Of a stretch of DNA of 45,697 nt, positions 20,545 to 31,566 are shown in pieces. The position numbers and the translations under genes are program-made. Under the pieces are notes generated by a model, which was not told where the DNA came from, did not search any database, and saw only the letters and a list, made by a program, of their open reading frames with translations. Origin of the DNA: Actinomycetes bacterium (GTDB taxonomy: Bacteria; Actinomycetota; Acidimicrobiia; Acidimicrobiales; JAKAOS01); contig JAKAOS010000003.1 in NCBI GenBank assembly GCA_021823165.1, positions 1-45,697 of the forward strand. The letters are read 5' to 3'. Each line of letters begins with the position of its first letter. The first letter of the stretch is position 1.

Positions 20545-22283
20545 CAGTGGCCCCCCTCGCCCTGGGTCGGTCCGACCACGATGTCGTCGTTGGATGCGCC
20601 GGCTGGGACCATGGGGTAGACCATCTCCCTGGCATCGGTGCGGAACTCCACGACAACTGGTCGGTCATCTATTGAGTTTGCCTTTTGGATGGCGACGTCC
20701 ACCTGATCGGGGGACTCGACCCGGATGCCCACACATCCCATGGCCTCCGCCCACATCACATAGTCGGGCAGGTCCGGCGAAAGGTAGACCTCGGAGTAGC
20801 GCTGGTCGTAGAACATCTCCTGCCACTGCCTCACCATGCCGAGATAGGCATTGTTGAGTATTGCGACCTTGATCGGGATCCGCTCCGCCGTGGCCGTCAC
20901 AAGCTCCTGGGCCGTCATCTGAAAACACCCATCCCCGTCGATCGCCCAAACCGTCGCCCCAGGGCGGCCGACCTTGGCCCCGATGGCGGCGGGCACCGCA
21001 AAGCCCATCGTGCCCAGGCCCCCGGAGTTGACCCAGGTGTTGGGGTTCTCGAAACGCCAATACTGCGACGCCCACATCTGATGCTGGCCCACACCGGAGA
21101 CGACGATGGTCTCCGGCCCGTTCAGTTCCCTCAGCCTCTCCACGACGAACTGGGGCTTGAGGGGAGATCCCTCCTCCGTCGGCTCGTAGCGCAAAGGGTA
21201 ACGCTGCTGCCAGGAGCGAATCTCGGCCATCCAGGGCGACAGGTCCACCCGGGAGTTCTCCCCCCTGCGCTGCCACTCGGCCCGGACCGCTTCGACCAAC
21301 TCCTCCAGCACCAAAGAGCAGTCCCCCACGATTGGTACGTCGGCACGGCGCACCTTGCCCAGTTCGGCCGGGTCGACATCGACGTGCACGACCTTTGCCA
21401 GGGGTGCAAACGCGTCCACCCGGCCCGTCACCCTGTCGTCGAAACGCGCACCCAGAGTGATTAGAAGGTCTGCCTTCTGCATCGCGGTCACCGCCGCGTA
21501 GTTGCCATGCATCCCTGGCATGCCAAGAGCGAGGGGGTGGCTGTCGGGGAAGGCCCCCCGGGCCATAAGGGTGGTGGTCACCGGTGCCCCGGTGAGTTCC
21601 GCCAGGCTGCGGAGCAGCCCCGAAGCACCGGATCGTATTATTCCCCCTCCGGCATATATGACCGGGCGGCTGGCATCGCAGATCAGCTTTGCCGCCTCCT
21701 TGATCATCCGGGGATGGCCCTTGAGGGTGGGCCTGTAGCCGGGGAGGCCCGCCGCAGGGTCCTCTGGCCAATACCACTCCATGAGGCCGTTGGAGACGTC
21801 TTTGGGGATGTCCACCAGCACCGGCCCAGGACGGCCGGTCGTCGCCACGTGAAAAGCCTGGGCTATGACGCTGGGGATGTCAGCGGGGTCCGTCACCAGC
21901 CAGTTGTGCTTGGTGATGCTCATGGTTATCCCAGTGGTGTCCGCCTCTTGGAAAGCGTCGGTGCCGATGGAGCCCGTCCCGACCTGGCCGGTTATGCAGA
22001 CCACGGGCACGGAGTCCATGTAGGCGTCGGCGAGGGGGGTCACGATGTTGGTGGCAGCGGGTCCGCTGGTCACCATCATCACCCCCGGCTTGCCGGTGAC
22101 ATGCGCGTACCCCTCGGCGGCATGCCCCGCACCCTGTTCGTGGCGAACCAGGATGTGGCGTATCGGGGAGTCGATGATGGGGTCGTAGACGGGGAGTATC
22201 GCGCCTCCAGGCAGTCCAAAGATGACCTCTACGCCTTGCGCCTCAAGACTCTTGATGAGGGCCTGGGCTCCTGTCAGTTTCAT
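20544..22283 (-). CDS. ilvB: Acetolactate synthase large subunit
   Basis: [52 protein letters not shown] motif GDGCFQM...NN. Confidence 0.98.
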   Translation of the reverse strand: MKLTGAQALIKSLEAQGVEVIFGLPGGAILPVYDPIIDSPIRHILVRHEQGAGHAAEGYAHVTGKPGVMMVTSGPAATNIVTPLADAYMDSVPVVCITGQVGTGSIGTDAFQEADTTGITMSITKHNWLVTDPADIPSVIAQAFHVATTGRPGPVLVDIPKDVSNGLMEWYWPEDPAAGLPGYRPTLKGHPRMIKEAAKLICDASRPVIYAGGGIIRSGASGLLRSLAELTGAPVTTTLMARGAFPDSHPLALGMPGMHGNYAAVTAMQKADLLITLGARFDDRVTGRVDAFAPLAKVVHVDVDPAELGKVRRADVPIVGDCSLVLEELVEAVRAEWQRRGENSRVDLSPWMAEIRSWQQRYPLRYEPTEEGSPLKPQFVVERLRELNGPETIVVSGVGQHQMWASQYWRFENPNTWVNSGGLGTMGFAVPAAIGAKVGRPGATVWAIDGDGCFQMTAQELVTATAERIPIKVAILNNAYLGMVRQWQEMFYDQRYSEVYLSPDLPDYVMWAEAMGCVGIRVESPDQVDVAIQKANSIDDRPVVVEFRTDAREMVYPMVPAGASNDDIVVGPTQGEGGH

Positions 22284-22399
22284 CTGTGACTCCTGGGTCC
22301 GATCTGTATCCGAAAGCCCGCCTGGTGGGCCCCTGTTGCTCTGCGTCGTGGTGGGATCGCAGTGCTTTGTGCTGGCAAAAAGTGTCGTGGCAATGAAAT

Positions 22400-22419
22400 G
22401 GCCTCCCCGAGGGGAGGCC
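22400..22419 (-). terminator. Attenuator terminator hairpin of the ilvB leader
   Basis: GGCCTCCC-CTCG-GGGAGGCC followed by ATTTCATT, downstream of the leader peptide. Confidence 0.75.
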
Positions 22420-22446
22420 GGCCGAGCGCACTGAGTGAGGGCGCGC

Positions 22447-22482
22447 TCAGGTTACTACTACGAGGATGAGAAACGTCGCCAC
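22447..22482 (-). CDS. ilvB operon leader peptide [11 protein letters not shown]
   Basis: GTG GCG ACG TTT CTC ATC CTC GTA GTA GTA ACC TGA: six consecutive Leu/Ile/Val codons; CACAAT -10-like box 6 nt upstream; terminator downstream. Confidence 0.85.
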   Translation of the reverse strand: MATFLILVVVT

Positions 22483-22539
22483 GGAGTAATTGTGCCACTT
22501 CGAACCACCGGCGCGCAAGGCGGCTTCAGCCAACCAGGC

Positions 22540-23532
22540 TCAGCGGGCATCGCACCCCGAAATGTGGCCAATTGCCTGGCCCAGGGTCGCAGCCGAACCC
22601 TCTGGGCCATGAAGTGCCCTCACGGCCGCCCGAGGCTCCTGTTCATCGCCAAGTTCCCCGGCCTCCAAAATCGCCCGGGCCATGATCTCGGGATCAGCTT
22701 CGACTACTTGATTGGGCCTGAAGATCGCATCCACGAGGCCTCCTTGTGCACTCGCTACGACCGGCACGCCGGCGGCCTGCGCCTCAAGAGCGGCCATGCC
22801 GAGCCCCTCGGGGTGAACCGAAGGCACCAGGACGACCTGTGCCCTGCCATACCAGACGGCCATCTCAGTCGGCTTGGACGCTGCCGGCATCAGTTCCGCA
22901 TGGCGGCCGGCGGCGATGGCGGAAGCCAGGCGCGTATGTTCGGCCGTGGGGATCCGCCAGGGGGAGATGTAGTCGAAAAAGACCATCCGCCAGCCTCTGC
23001 CAAGGGCCTCGGATGTCTCGAGCGCCAGGCGTATGCCCTTTTTCTCCATGAGGCGGCTGGGGACGATGACCAAGCCGGGCTCGGGATCTCTTATGACCTC
23101 GAAAAAGCTGGGATCCACCTCGGGCCGCACCACCAGCGGAGGGCACCCCAAGGAGAAGGTTGCCGAAATGTGGCGTGCAAGGCTGGGTGAAACCGCTGCC
23201 AGGTGCTGGCCCTTTAGGTCCCCGGCTTGGACCGGCGACTCGCCGGGGCTCACCCAGGCGTCCGGCCAGTTGTGCATGATCTGCAGCACCGGTGCCGGCA
23301 TGAGCCGTGCCAACCGGGGCCGGTTTGCCAGCACCAACAGCTCCGGGCGCAGTTCTGCAATGCGCTCAGCAAGGCTCCGGGCCCCGGCTTGTGTCTCCCA
23401 TTGGCTGGGAGAAATGAGCACGGTCTGGTGACCGAGTTCCCCAAGCCTGGCCGCCCAGGCCGCCGTCACCCGCTCCAGGGCACCCCCGCCGTCCAGCGGC
23501 GCAAGGCCGGTCCCGACAAAGCCGACGCGCAT
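22540..23532 (-). CDS. Glycosyltransferase family 4 (GT-B)
   Basis: GGALER N-terminal loop, SRLMEKKG, PSVHPEGLGMAALEAQAAGVPVVAS; start trimmed to MRVGFVG. Confidence 0.88.
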   Translation of the reverse strand: MRVGFVGTGLAPLDGGGALERVTAAWAARLGELGHQTVLISPSQWETQAGARSLAERIAELRPELLVLANRPRLARLMPAPVLQIMHNWPDAWVSPGESPVQAGDLKGQHLAAVSPSLARHISATFSLGCPPLVVRPEVDPSFFEVIRDPEPGLVIVPSRLMEKKGIRLALETSEALGRGWRMVFFDYISPWRIPTAEHTRLASAIAAGRHAELMPAASKPTEMAVWYGRAQVVLVPSVHPEGLGMAALEAQAAGVPVVASAQGGLVDAIFRPNQVVEADPEIMARAILEAGELGDEQEPRAAVRALHGPEGSAATLGQAIGHISGCDAR

Positions 23533-23691
23533 CACGCCCGGCCCAGGGGACCAGGCCTGGCCTTGTGGCCGGCCCTGGTCCCCCGCCCACCTCCGGTCCC
23601 GGCCACGGCCAACAACCAAACGCCGAGGACCCCGGCAGGCCGCCCTCGTGGACCCTCTTCCCATTCACAGAAGCTGTGAGGCACCCCCGGG

Positions 23692-25395
23692 TTAGGCGGT
23701 TGTGACCGCGCCCCGGTCCGCCTGGCCCACCAGCGCCGCGAACTTTGCCAGCACCCCGGTGGTGTAGCGCGGCGCGGGGGCCTTCCATTCCTGCTTGCGC
23801 CTTTCCAACTCGTCGGCCTCCACAAGGAGATCGATGGACCGGCTGGTGACGTCCAGGACTATCCGGTCCCCGTCCCGCACCAGTGCAATCGGGCCCCCCA
23901 CCGCAGCCTCGGGGGCGACGTGGCCGACGCAGAACCCATGGGTCCCACCCGAAAAACGCCCATCTGTCACCAGGGCGGAATCGACCCCCCTGCCCGCACC
24001 CTTCATCGCACCGGTGACTGCGAGCATCTCTCGCATCCCCGGGCCGCCCTTGGGTCCTTCGTAACGGATGACCACCACTGTCCCCGGCTCGATGGAACCG
24101 GCGAGAATGGCCGCCATGGCCGCCTCCTCGCCGTCGAAGACCGCCGCAGTGCCCTCGAAGCGCTCCACATCGATGCCTGCGACCTTGACCACCGATCCGT
24201 TGGGAGCAAGGGAGCCCTGAAGCACGGCGATGCCACCGTCTGCGTGGATCGGGCGGGACATGGGGCGCACCACGGAGCCGTCCGGCGCCGGGGCCTGGGC
24301 GTCATCGAGGTTCTCCCCCAGCGTCTTGCCGGTAACGGTCATGGCAGTGGGATCCACGAGCCCGGCTTCTGCCAGCTCCCTCAGGACCACTGCCACCCCG
24401 CCGATGCGGTCGATGTCCACCATGTGGTACTGGCCGTGGGGCTTGGTGTCAGCAAGGTGAGGAACCCGCTTTCCAATCCGATCAAAGTCCGCGAGGCTCA
24501 ACTCCACCCTTGCCTCATGCGCTATCGCCAGCAGGTGTAACACCGCATTGGTGGAGCCACCCAGCGCCATTACCACCGCAATGGCATTCTCGAAGGCGGC
24601 CTTGGTGAGTATCTGTCGAGCCCGGATGCCGGCAAAGGCCAAAGTCGTCGCCGCCCTGCCGCTCGCCTCGGCAAGCTCCGACCGCCTGCGGTCCACCGCG
24701 GGAACCGAGGCCCCCGGAAGGGCCATCCCCAAAGCCTCGGCCGCCGATGCCATGGTGTTGGCGGTGAACATCCCCGCACAGCTTCCCTCGGTGGGACAGG
24801 CAGCCTTTTCGATGTCACAGAGTTCGTCGGCCGTGATCGACCCCGTGGCATGTGCCCCGACCGCCTCGAAGACATCCACGATGTCCACCGCCCGATCCTT
24901 CACCCTCCCGGGAAGGATCGACCCGCCGTAGAGAAAGACCGCCGGAAGATCGAGCCTGGCGGCCGCCATGAGCATGCCCGGCAGGGATTTGTCGCAACCC
25001 GCAAGGGCCACCAGAGCATCGAAGCGCTCGGCGTGCATCATGGTCTCCACGCTGTCGGCGATGACCTCCCGGGAGACCAGTGAGGCCCTCATGCCTTCGT
25101 GGCCCATGGAGATGCCATCGGACACCGCGATGGTTGCGAACTCGATTGGATAGCCGCCGGCCTCGAATACGCCCGCCTTGGCCCGCTGGGCCAGCCTCCC
25201 CAACGGCATGTTGCACGGGGTCACCTCGTTCCAGGAGGACGCCACGGCGATCTGCGGCTTGTCCCAGTCCGCATCCCCCATGCCCACCGCTCGGAGCATC
25301 GCCCGTGCGGGAGCCCTGCGAAAGCCGTCGGTCACGTCGGTGCTGCGAAACTTGCCGTTGCGGACGCCGCCTGAGGTGGGAGAGGAGTTGGCCAT
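23692..25395 (-). CDS. ilvD: Dihydroxy-acid dehydratase
   Basis: [64 protein letters not shown]; TAGGCT 7 nt before ATG. Confidence 0.97.
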   Translation of the reverse strand: MANSSPTSGGVRNGKFRSTDVTDGFRRAPARAMLRAVGMGDADWDKPQIAVASSWNEVTPCNMPLGRLAQRAKAGVFEAGGYPIEFATIAVSDGISMGHEGMRASLVSREVIADSVETMMHAERFDALVALAGCDKSLPGMLMAAARLDLPAVFLYGGSILPGRVKDRAVDIVDVFEAVGAHATGSITADELCDIEKAACPTEGSCAGMFTANTMASAAEALGMALPGASVPAVDRRRSELAEASGRAATTLAFAGIRARQILTKAAFENAIAVVMALGGSTNAVLHLLAIAHEARVELSLADFDRIGKRVPHLADTKPHGQYHMVDIDRIGGVAVVLRELAEAGLVDPTAMTVTGKTLGENLDDAQAPAPDGSVVRPMSRPIHADGGIAVLQGSLAPNGSVVKVAGIDVERFEGTAAVFDGEEAAMAAILAGSIEPGTVVVIRYEGPKGGPGMREMLAVTGAMKGAGRGVDSALVTDGRFSGGTHGFCVGHVAPEAAVGGPIALVRDGDRIVLDVTSRSIDLLVEADELERRKQEWKAPAPRYTTGVLAKFAALVGQADRGAVTTA

Positions 25396-25440
25396 GGCCG
25401 GGAGCCTACCCAATGCAAACCCCGACTCGCCTGAGTCCCC

Positions 25441-25490
25441 CAGATGCGAGAGGCGAGGCCAGCCGTGTCTCAGATGCGAGAGGCGAGGCC
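25441..25490. repeat. 20-bp direct repeat with 30-bp period at the gatB 3' end
   Basis: CAGATGCGAGAGGCGAGGCC at 25441-25460 and 25471-25490. Confidence 0.9.
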
Positions 25491-26915
25491 GGCCCGGACC
25501 GCCTTGCCGTCCGCCTTCCCCTGCGTCGACCGCATCACCTGGCCCACGAGGAACCCGATGACTTTGTTGTCCCCGCCCCTGAACCGCTCCCACTCCTCTG
25601 GGTGCGCCTGGATCACCGCGTCGAGGGCGGCATCCAACACGGCGGAGTCCATCGAACCCAAACCGAGGCGGGCCGCCACCTCCTCCGGCGAGCCTTCCGC
25701 ACCCGCCAACAGTTCGGCCAGCACGGCCTTGGTCTGGCTGGCACTCAGCTGGGCGGAGTCCTCCATCTTCAGCAGCTGAACAAAGCGCCCGGCATCGAGG
25801 GACCGGGCCGCATCGGCCGCCGCGGCGGCCTCGTTGGCGGCCCGTGCTACGGCCAAGCGGGCCTTTACTCCCTCAGAGATCGCCGCCGTCACCAGGCCAT
25901 CCAGACCGAGCTCGACAACCGTGGCTATCTGGCCAGCGATTGCAGAGGACGCGTCCTCCCCCACCGCAGCCTCCAGGGCTGCCCGGCGATCGGCGGGCAG
26001 CGGCGCCATGTTGAGCCTCACCCTGTCCACCCAATCCTCCCCCGGGTCCAGGGGGACGAGATCTGGGTCTGGGAAGTAGCGGTAGTCGAAGGCCTCTTCT
26101 TTGGAACGCATCGAGGCGGTCCGCCCCGTTGACTCGTTCCAGTGCCTGGTCTCCTGTTCGACCACGCCTCCGCTGTTCAACAGGTCCACTTGGCGCCTGG
26201 CCTCGTAATCGATAGCCCGGCCGAGGCTGCGCAGGGAGTTCAGGTTCTTGATCTCACAACGGGTGCCGAGGGATGTGGCGCCCTTTCGCATGACGCTGAC
26301 ATTGGCGTCGACCCGCAGAGAACCCTCCTCCATCCTCCCGTCACTGGCGCCGATGGCGATCAGAATGGCGCGCAGCTCCGATACATATGCTCTGGCCTGG
26401 CCAGAGCTCCAGATGTCGGGGGCCGAAACGATCTCCACCAGCGGGACCCCGGCGCGGTTGTAATCGACCAGGGAGCGCTCCGCTCCGTGAATCCGTCCGT
26501 CGCCCCCCATGTGGGAGGTCTTGCCCGTGTCCTCCTCCAAATGGGCCCGCACGATCCCAACCCTGGGATGGCCGGGCGGCTCGAGCCAGCCATTGGAGCA
26601 GATGGGCTCGTCATACTGGCTGATCTGGTAGTCCTTGGGCATGTCGGGATAGAAGTAGTTCTTGCGATGAAACAGTGATGGCCCCACAGACGCGTGCAGC
26701 GCCACACCGATCCTCACCGCGAGGTCCACTGCCGCCTGGTTGAGCACGGGGAGCGAGCCGGGAAGCCCCAGGCAGACGGGACAGACGTTGGTGTTCGGCT
26801 CCGCCCCGAACTCATTTGCACATCCGCAGAAAAGCTTGGTGGCAGTCAACAGCTCCGTGTGGACCTCAAGGCCCACCACCATCTCCCAACCTGACAACAT
26901 TCCGCTATCGGCCAT
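25470..26915 (-). CDS. gatB: Asp-tRNA(Asn)/Glu-tRNA(Gln) amidotransferase subunit B
   Basis: [62 protein letters not shown]. Confidence 0.98.
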   Translation of the reverse strand: MADSGMLSGWEMVVGLEVHTELLTATKLFCGCANEFGAEPNTNVCPVCLGLPGSLPVLNQAAVDLAVRIGVALHASVGPSLFHRKNYFYPDMPKDYQISQYDEPICSNGWLEPPGHPRVGIVRAHLEEDTGKTSHMGGDGRIHGAERSLVDYNRAGVPLVEIVSAPDIWSSGQARAYVSELRAILIAIGASDGRMEEGSLRVDANVSVMRKGATSLGTRCEIKNLNSLRSLGRAIDYEARRQVDLLNSGGVVEQETRHWNESTGRTASMRSKEEAFDYRYFPDPDLVPLDPGEDWVDRVRLNMAPLPADRRAALEAAVGEDASSAIAGQIATVVELGLDGLVTAAISEGVKARLAVARAANEAAAAADAARSLDAGRFVQLLKMEDSAQLSASQTKAVLAELLAGAEGSPEEVAARLGLGSMDSAVLDAALDAVIQAHPEEWERFRGGDNKVIGFLVGQVMRSTQGKADGKAVRAGLASRI

Positions 26916-28371
26916 GGGGCACCTCGGAGGGGACAAGCTCGGGTGCAGCAAGGGGCGGGGAGGCCTCCTCTATGGCAGCGGCCACCCTGAACATGGCCTC
27001 CTCGCCCAAAGCGGGCGCCAGCACTTGCACCCCGATGGGCAGGCCGTCGGCGCCCACGCCCCAGGGGACGCTCATGGCGGGGTGGCCAGCCAGGTTGGAG
27101 GGGATGGTGAAGACGTCGGAGAGATACATCTGCATCGGGTCGGCCATCTTGGCCCCCAACTGGAAAGCCGTAGCGGGGGCGGTTGCGCCCAAGAGCACGT
27201 CGAAGCTCCCATAGGCGGCGGCGAAGGCTTCGAGCACCAGGGTCCTGACGCGCTGGGCCTGGCCGTAGTAGGCGTCGTAGTAGCCGGCGGAAAGGGCGAA
27301 GGTCCCAAGCATGATCCGCCTCTTGACCTCGTCACCAAAACCTGCGCTCCGGGTCGCTGTGTTCATGGCCTCCACGTCTGCCGCCGGCATCCTGAGGCCG
27401 TAGCGGACGCCGTCATAGCGAGCAAGGTTCGATGACGCTTCCGCCGGGGCGATCAGGTAGTAGGCGGAAAGCCCCCACCTGCAGGCCTCCACCGAGACCT
27501 CCTCCACTACTGCCCCCGCCGAAGCCAAAGCGTCGGCGGCAGCCTCGACCGCCTTGCGCACCTCGGGGGACGCGCCGTCGATCAACTCCTTTGCAAGGCC
27601 GACCCTCATCCCTTGGACACCCTGGTCGACCACGGCCACAAGCGACGGGGCCTGCCGTTCGAGACAGGTGGAGTCGGCTGGGTCGGCTCCCGCTATCACC
27701 TCCAGGGTCGCCGCAGCATCACGGACAGAGGTCGCAAAGGGGCCGATCTGATCTAAAGAGGATGCAAAGGCGACCAGCCCGTATCGGGACACGAGTCCGT
27801 AGGTGGGCTTGACCCCGACCACGCCACAAAGCGCTGCGGGCTGGCGGATCGATCCCCCGGTGTCCGAACCGAGCGCCAAAGGCGCCAGGCGGGCCGCCAC
27901 CGCCGCAGCCGATCCCCCAGAAGAACCGCCAGGCACCCTGTCGGTGTCGTAAGGATTGCGGGTAGGGCCCTCGGCCGAGTGCTCGGTGGAGGAGCCCATC
28001 GCGAACTCATCCATGTTGGTCTTGCCCACCATGACGGCCCCCGCCGCCCGCAGACGGCCGACCACCGTTGCGTCATAGGGCGGGACCCAACCCCGCAGGA
28101 TCCGAGACGCACAGGTGGTGGGCACTCCCTTGGTGCAGAAATTGTCCTTCAGTGCAACCGGCACACCGGCCAGTGGGCCGGGGTCCTCCCCGGCGACCAC
28201 CGCTGCATCGATACGAGCTGCTTGTGCTCGGGCCTGGTCCTGGGAAACCTCCAAGAAGCAATGGAGCGCGCCGTCGGCCGCAGCGATCCGGTCGAGGTGC
28301 TCCTCCAGTACCTCGGAGGCCAAACGTTCGCCAGCTCGCACCGCTTTGGCAATTTCCAGGGCCTGGTTCAT
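26905..28371 (-). CDS. gatA: Amidotransferase subunit A
   Basis: [57 protein letters not shown]. Confidence 0.98.
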   Translation of the reverse strand: MNQALEIAKAVRAGERLASEVLEEHLDRIAAADGALHCFLEVSQDQARAQAARIDAAVVAGEDPGPLAGVPVALKDNFCTKGVPTTCASRILRGWVPPYDATVVGRLRAAGAVMVGKTNMDEFAMGSSTEHSAEGPTRNPYDTDRVPGGSSGGSAAAVAARLAPLALGSDTGGSIRQPAALCGVVGVKPTYGLVSRYGLVAFASSLDQIGPFATSVRDAAATLEVIAGADPADSTCLERQAPSLVAVVDQGVQGMRVGLAKELIDGASPEVRKAVEAAADALASAGAVVEEVSVEACRWGLSAYYLIAPAEASSNLARYDGVRYGLRMPAADVEAMNTATRSAGFGDEVKRRIMLGTFALSAGYYDAYYGQAQRVRTLVLEAFAAAYGSFDVLLGATAPATAFQLGAKMADPMQMYLSDVFTIPSNLAGHPAMSVPWGVGADGLPIGVQVLAPALGEEAMFRVAAAIEEASPPLAAPELVPSEVPHGR

Positions 28372-28670
28372 GCCTGCTCGCCCAGGATCCTGGGCACCAT
28401 GAAACGCTCGTCCTCCACCGCCGGGGCCGCCGCAAGAACCTCCTGGCGGTCGAGGGAGGGCACGACTACGTCTGGCCGCAACACATTTACAAGGGGCAGA
28501 GGATGCGCAGTTGGAGTGACGCCCGCCAGGTCGAGGGAGGCAACATCGGACGCGTGGGTCAAGATGTCGCCAAGATGGCGGGTGAACCTATCCACCTCCT
28601 GGTCGGTGAGGGAGAGTCTGGCTAGGCGGGCAACGTGAATCACATCGTCCCTTGAGATGGCATCCGGCAC
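28368..28670 (-). CDS. gatC: Amidotransferase subunit C
   Basis: [15 protein letters not shown]...VNVLRPD...FMVPRIL; GTG start preceded by TATGAT at 7 nt. Confidence 0.93.
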   Translation of the reverse strand: MPDAISRDDVIHVARLARLSLTDQEVDRFTRHLGDILTHASDVASLDLAGVTPTAHPLPLVNVLRPDVVVPSLDRQEVLAAAPAVEDERFMVPRILGEQA

Positions 28671-28888
28671 GGGGCCGATCATATTTGTGCGCCGCGGCCA
28701 CAATGACGGGGGGATTCGATGGGTAAATACGCAACGAGGGTCGGCAGCCGGGCAGCGCCAAGGGGGCCAAGCCACAAAAAGACCGAGTTCGGACATGGCA
28801 AGCGTCGGATACGGAGTGCAAATCCAGTTGCAACCAGCTTTTTTCCGGATGAATGAATATTGTTGGTGGTGCCAGGAGGAGGATTGGC

Positions 28889-29146
28889 ATGTCGGTACAC
28901 AGCTGTACGAGATGTGAACTACTCTTTGCAACCGCCGCGGAAGCCAGTGATCACGAACGCCACGACCATGGCGTCGAGCACTCAACCCCAATCGGCGAAT
29001 ACCGCCACCGGGAGGCCCCGGGCATCGACCCGCCAAATGCAGCCTTGCACTGCCCAGAGTGCGGGCTGTGGTTCGCCGATGGGACCCAACTCGTACTGCA
29101 CCGCTCCAAGGAGCACCCCGAGAGCGGCACCCGCGGTCGGCCCTAG
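28889..29146 (+). CDS. Small protein with two C2H2-type zinc fingers
   Basis: RBS AGGAGGAGG; CTRCELLFATAAEASDHERHDH and CPECGLWFADGTQLVLHRSKEH, both C-x2-C-x3-F-x8-H-x4-H. Confidence 0.8.
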   Translation: MSVHSCTRCELLFATAAEASDHERHDHGVEHSTPIGEYRHREAPGIDPPNAALHCPECGLWFADGTQLVLHRSKEHPESGTRGRP

Positions 29147-29760
29147 GCCGGACGCAACAAGCTCTGCACCTCCGCTCCCACCAGGAGAGCAAGCTCCTCC
29201 AGCGGCAGCGACGCCATTGGTTCCAACTTCAGCACATGGCGCGCCATCACCACCCCCAGCAGGGTCGCAGCGGCCAGCGATGCCCTCGTCGAGGCCAACT
29301 CGCCAGCCAACGCGGTGGCCAGGAGACCGCCGATGGCCTCAGACAGGAAGGATCCCAGCAACTCGGCCGAGTGCTCGTCGACCACGGCCGAACGCAAAAG
29401 CGCTATCAGGGCCTGGCTGCTGGTCGGCTCCTCCCAAAGCTTGAGAACCCTTCCGGCCAGGCGCTCCCCCAGGGTATCGGGGTCTCCCGGGAGCACCTCG
29501 GAGAGGATGACCACAGGGTCGGCGGGTAGGTTTAACGCGGCTGACACGAGTCCGGCTTTTGAGCCGAAGTAGTGGTTGATGAGCGCCGGGTCGACGCCTG
29601 CATCTTTTGCCACCGCTCGCAGCGACGTGCCCGCAATCCCCTTCGCTGACAGGTGGCGCCTGGCAGCCACGATGATCTGCCCCCTGGCGTCTGAGGGACC
29701 CTTCCTCCTCCCCCTCGACCGAACCTCGCCAGTGCCCTCCGATCCAGCAGATTCGCTCAA
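29143..29760 (-). CDS. TetR family transcriptional regulator
   Basis: HTH TSLRAVAKDAGVDPALINHYFGSKAGL; TTG start overlaps the permease stop (TTGA). Confidence 0.9.
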   Translation of the reverse strand: MSESAGSEGTGEVRSRGRRKGPSDARGQIIVAARRHLSAKGIAGTSLRAVAKDAGVDPALINHYFGSKAGLVSAALNLPADPVVILSEVLPGDPDTLGERLAGRVLKLWEEPTSSQALIALLRSAVVDEHSAELLGSFLSEAIGGLLATALAGELASTRASLAAATLLGVVMARHVLKLEPMASLPLEELALLVGAEVQSLLRPA

Positions 29761-30494
29761 GGCGTCCTGCGCCGAAGGGTCAGAGCACCCGCCACCACGG
29801 CCGCCGGCACCGATGAGGCCAGCACCACCAGGTCCCGCACAAAGTAACCAGACAGGTTTGCCCCCTGAGACACCCTGGAGACGCCGTCGAGGGCATAAGT
29901 CAGCGGGAGCGCCCAGGAAATCCAATGCAACACCGCGGCCATCGAGTCACGCGGCACGAACAGGCCGCACAAGAGGAGCTGGGGAAGCACGAAGGCCGGG
30001 AGGAACTGCACGGCTTGGAACTCGGTACGGGCAAAGGCGGAAAGGAACAGCCCAAGGGAGGATCCCAACAGCGAGGACAGCAGGGCCATGCCGAGTATGG
30101 CCCACAATGGGCCTGCGACATCAAGCCCCAGCGGACCCAGGGCAATCGAGGCAGTGAGTCCGGCCTGCACCACGGCGAGGGAGCCAAATGCGAGGGAGTA
30201 TCCCCCAAGCAGCTCAGAGTTTCGCAGGGGCGAGGTGAAAAGCCGCTCCAGGGTGCCCCCGGTGCGCTCTCGCAGCATCGAGATGGAGGCCACCACGAAC
30301 ATCGCCGTGAAGGGGAACAGTGCAAGGACCGCCGGTCCGCTGTGCTGGAAGACGGCCCGCTGCCCGGAGAACGCATATCGCAACAGCGTCATGAGCACCG
30401 AGGGCACCACCATCACCATCACCAGGGTTCGCGGGTCATGACGAATCTCGACGAGCAGTCGCCCCGCGGTTGCCAAAACCCTCCTGCCCTTCAT
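29757..30494 (-). CDS. ABC-2 type permease
   Basis: RHDPRT, RERTGGTLERLFTSP, ARTEFQAVQF, LPLTYA. Confidence 0.92.
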   Translation of the reverse strand: MKGRRVLATAGRLLVEIRHDPRTLVMVMVVPSVLMTLLRYAFSGQRAVFQHSGPAVLALFPFTAMFVVASISMLRERTGGTLERLFTSPLRNSELLGGYSLAFGSLAVVQAGLTASIALGPLGLDVAGPLWAILGMALLSSLLGSSLGLFLSAFARTEFQAVQFLPAFVLPQLLLCGLFVPRDSMAAVLHWISWALPLTYALDGVSRVSQGANLSGYFVRDLVVLASSVPAAVVAGALTLRRRTP

Positions 30495-31225
30495 GCCGCC
30501 TCCCTCTCTGCCTGCTGCACCAAGGCGATAAACGCAGCGTTCAGGTCGGATGCCCCGGCTCGCTCGAGGAGGGACGCCGGAGATCCAGCGGCCACAACCC
30601 GCCCCTCACGCAGCAGAACCAGTTCGTCGCAGCGCGACGCCTCTTCCATCACGTGGCTGCTCACAATCACCGTCGCGCCAGCCGATGCTTTGGCTCTGAA
30701 CTCCCCCCACAACCGCTCCCGCAGCAACGGGTCCAATCCGACGGTCGGCTCATCGAGGATCAAGACCTCCGGACGAGGGAGCAACGCCACGGCAAGCGAC
30801 ACCCGGGCTCGCTGGCCGCCCGAAAGTCGATCGACCCGGGCCTTTGTGAAGGGGACCATGTCGACCTCTTCCAATACCTCAGCAACCCGCGCCCTTGGCT
30901 GATTCACCAGCCGTGCGAAATAACGGAGGTTCTCCAATACCGTCAGGTCCCCATAAAGGGCGGCGGCCTGGGGCATGTAGCCCACTTTTGAGCCAAGCCG
31001 GCGATCTCCGGCCTCGGCGCCCAGGACCGAAATGCTTCCCGAGGTAATCCGCTGCAGGCCCATCATCGCCCGCATCAGCGTGGTCTTTCCCGACCCACTC
31101 GGCCCCAGGAGCCCGAAGATGACCCCGGCGGGGATATCCAGGCTCACCTCGTCAAGCACCACGGACCCCCTGCGCCGGACCAGCAGGTCGGTTATCGCTA
31201 TTCCTGGTCGGTCCGGGGAGGCCAT
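30491..31225 (-). CDS. ABC transporter ATP-binding protein
   Basis: GPSGSGKTT, LSGGQ, LILDEPTVGLD, SSH. Confidence 0.93.
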   Translation of the reverse strand: MASPDRPGIAITDLLVRRRGSVVLDEVSLDIPAGVIFGLLGPSGSGKTTLMRAMMGLQRITSGSISVLGAEAGDRRLGSKVGYMPQAAALYGDLTVLENLRYFARLVNQPRARVAEVLEEVDMVPFTKARVDRLSGGQRARVSLAVALLPRPEVLILDEPTVGLDPLLRERLWGEFRAKASAGATVIVSSHVMEEASRCDELVLLREGRVVAAGSPASLLERAGASDLNAAFIALVQQAEREAA

Positions 31226-31231
31226 GGGATT

Positions 31232-31251
31232 ATTTCATCACGTGATGAAAT
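31232..31251. promoter_or_regulatory. 20-bp perfect palindrome, probable TetR operator in the ABC-TetR operon promoter
   Basis: ATTTCATCACGTGATGAAAT within TTGACT-N17-TGAAAT on the minus strand, 6 nt from the ATG. Confidence 0.75.
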
Positions 31252-31256
31252 CTAAG

Positions 31257-31565
31257 TCAAGCCCCGTCTGCCCATGCCGCCAGGACCTGGCGGGCGGAGT
31301 CTGTCTGTTCGGACATGCCATCGGGCAGGGCTGCCAGCACCGCAACGATCCGCTTGGCCAGTTCCATGGCGGTTTGGGGTTCCAACTCCACCGCCACCCT
31401 CGAAGGCCCCTCTTTGAGGTCCAAGAAGTCGATGTTGAGGCTGTGCTCCAAGGGAGCATCCTGAGGGTGGTCGAAGTAGACGGTCGCGTCCGACAGCCTG
31501 AACCACCTGTCTCCGCCCTTTGCGCTTCCCCAAGCCGCAAGCCGCTCGGTGATGTAGGTGCACAT
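31257..31565 (-). CDS. DUF6295-like small protein
   Basis: MCTY...GSAKG...WF...VYFDHP...EH.LNIDF...GPSRVAVEL pattern (family name from recall); starts 1 nt after the hydrolase stop. Confidence 0.75.
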   Translation of the reverse strand: MCTYITERLAAWGSAKGGDRWFRLSDATVYFDHPQDAPLEHSLNIDFLDLKEGPSRVAVELEPQTAMELAKRIVAVLAALPDGMSEQTDSARQVLAAWADGA

Positions 31566-31566
31566 C

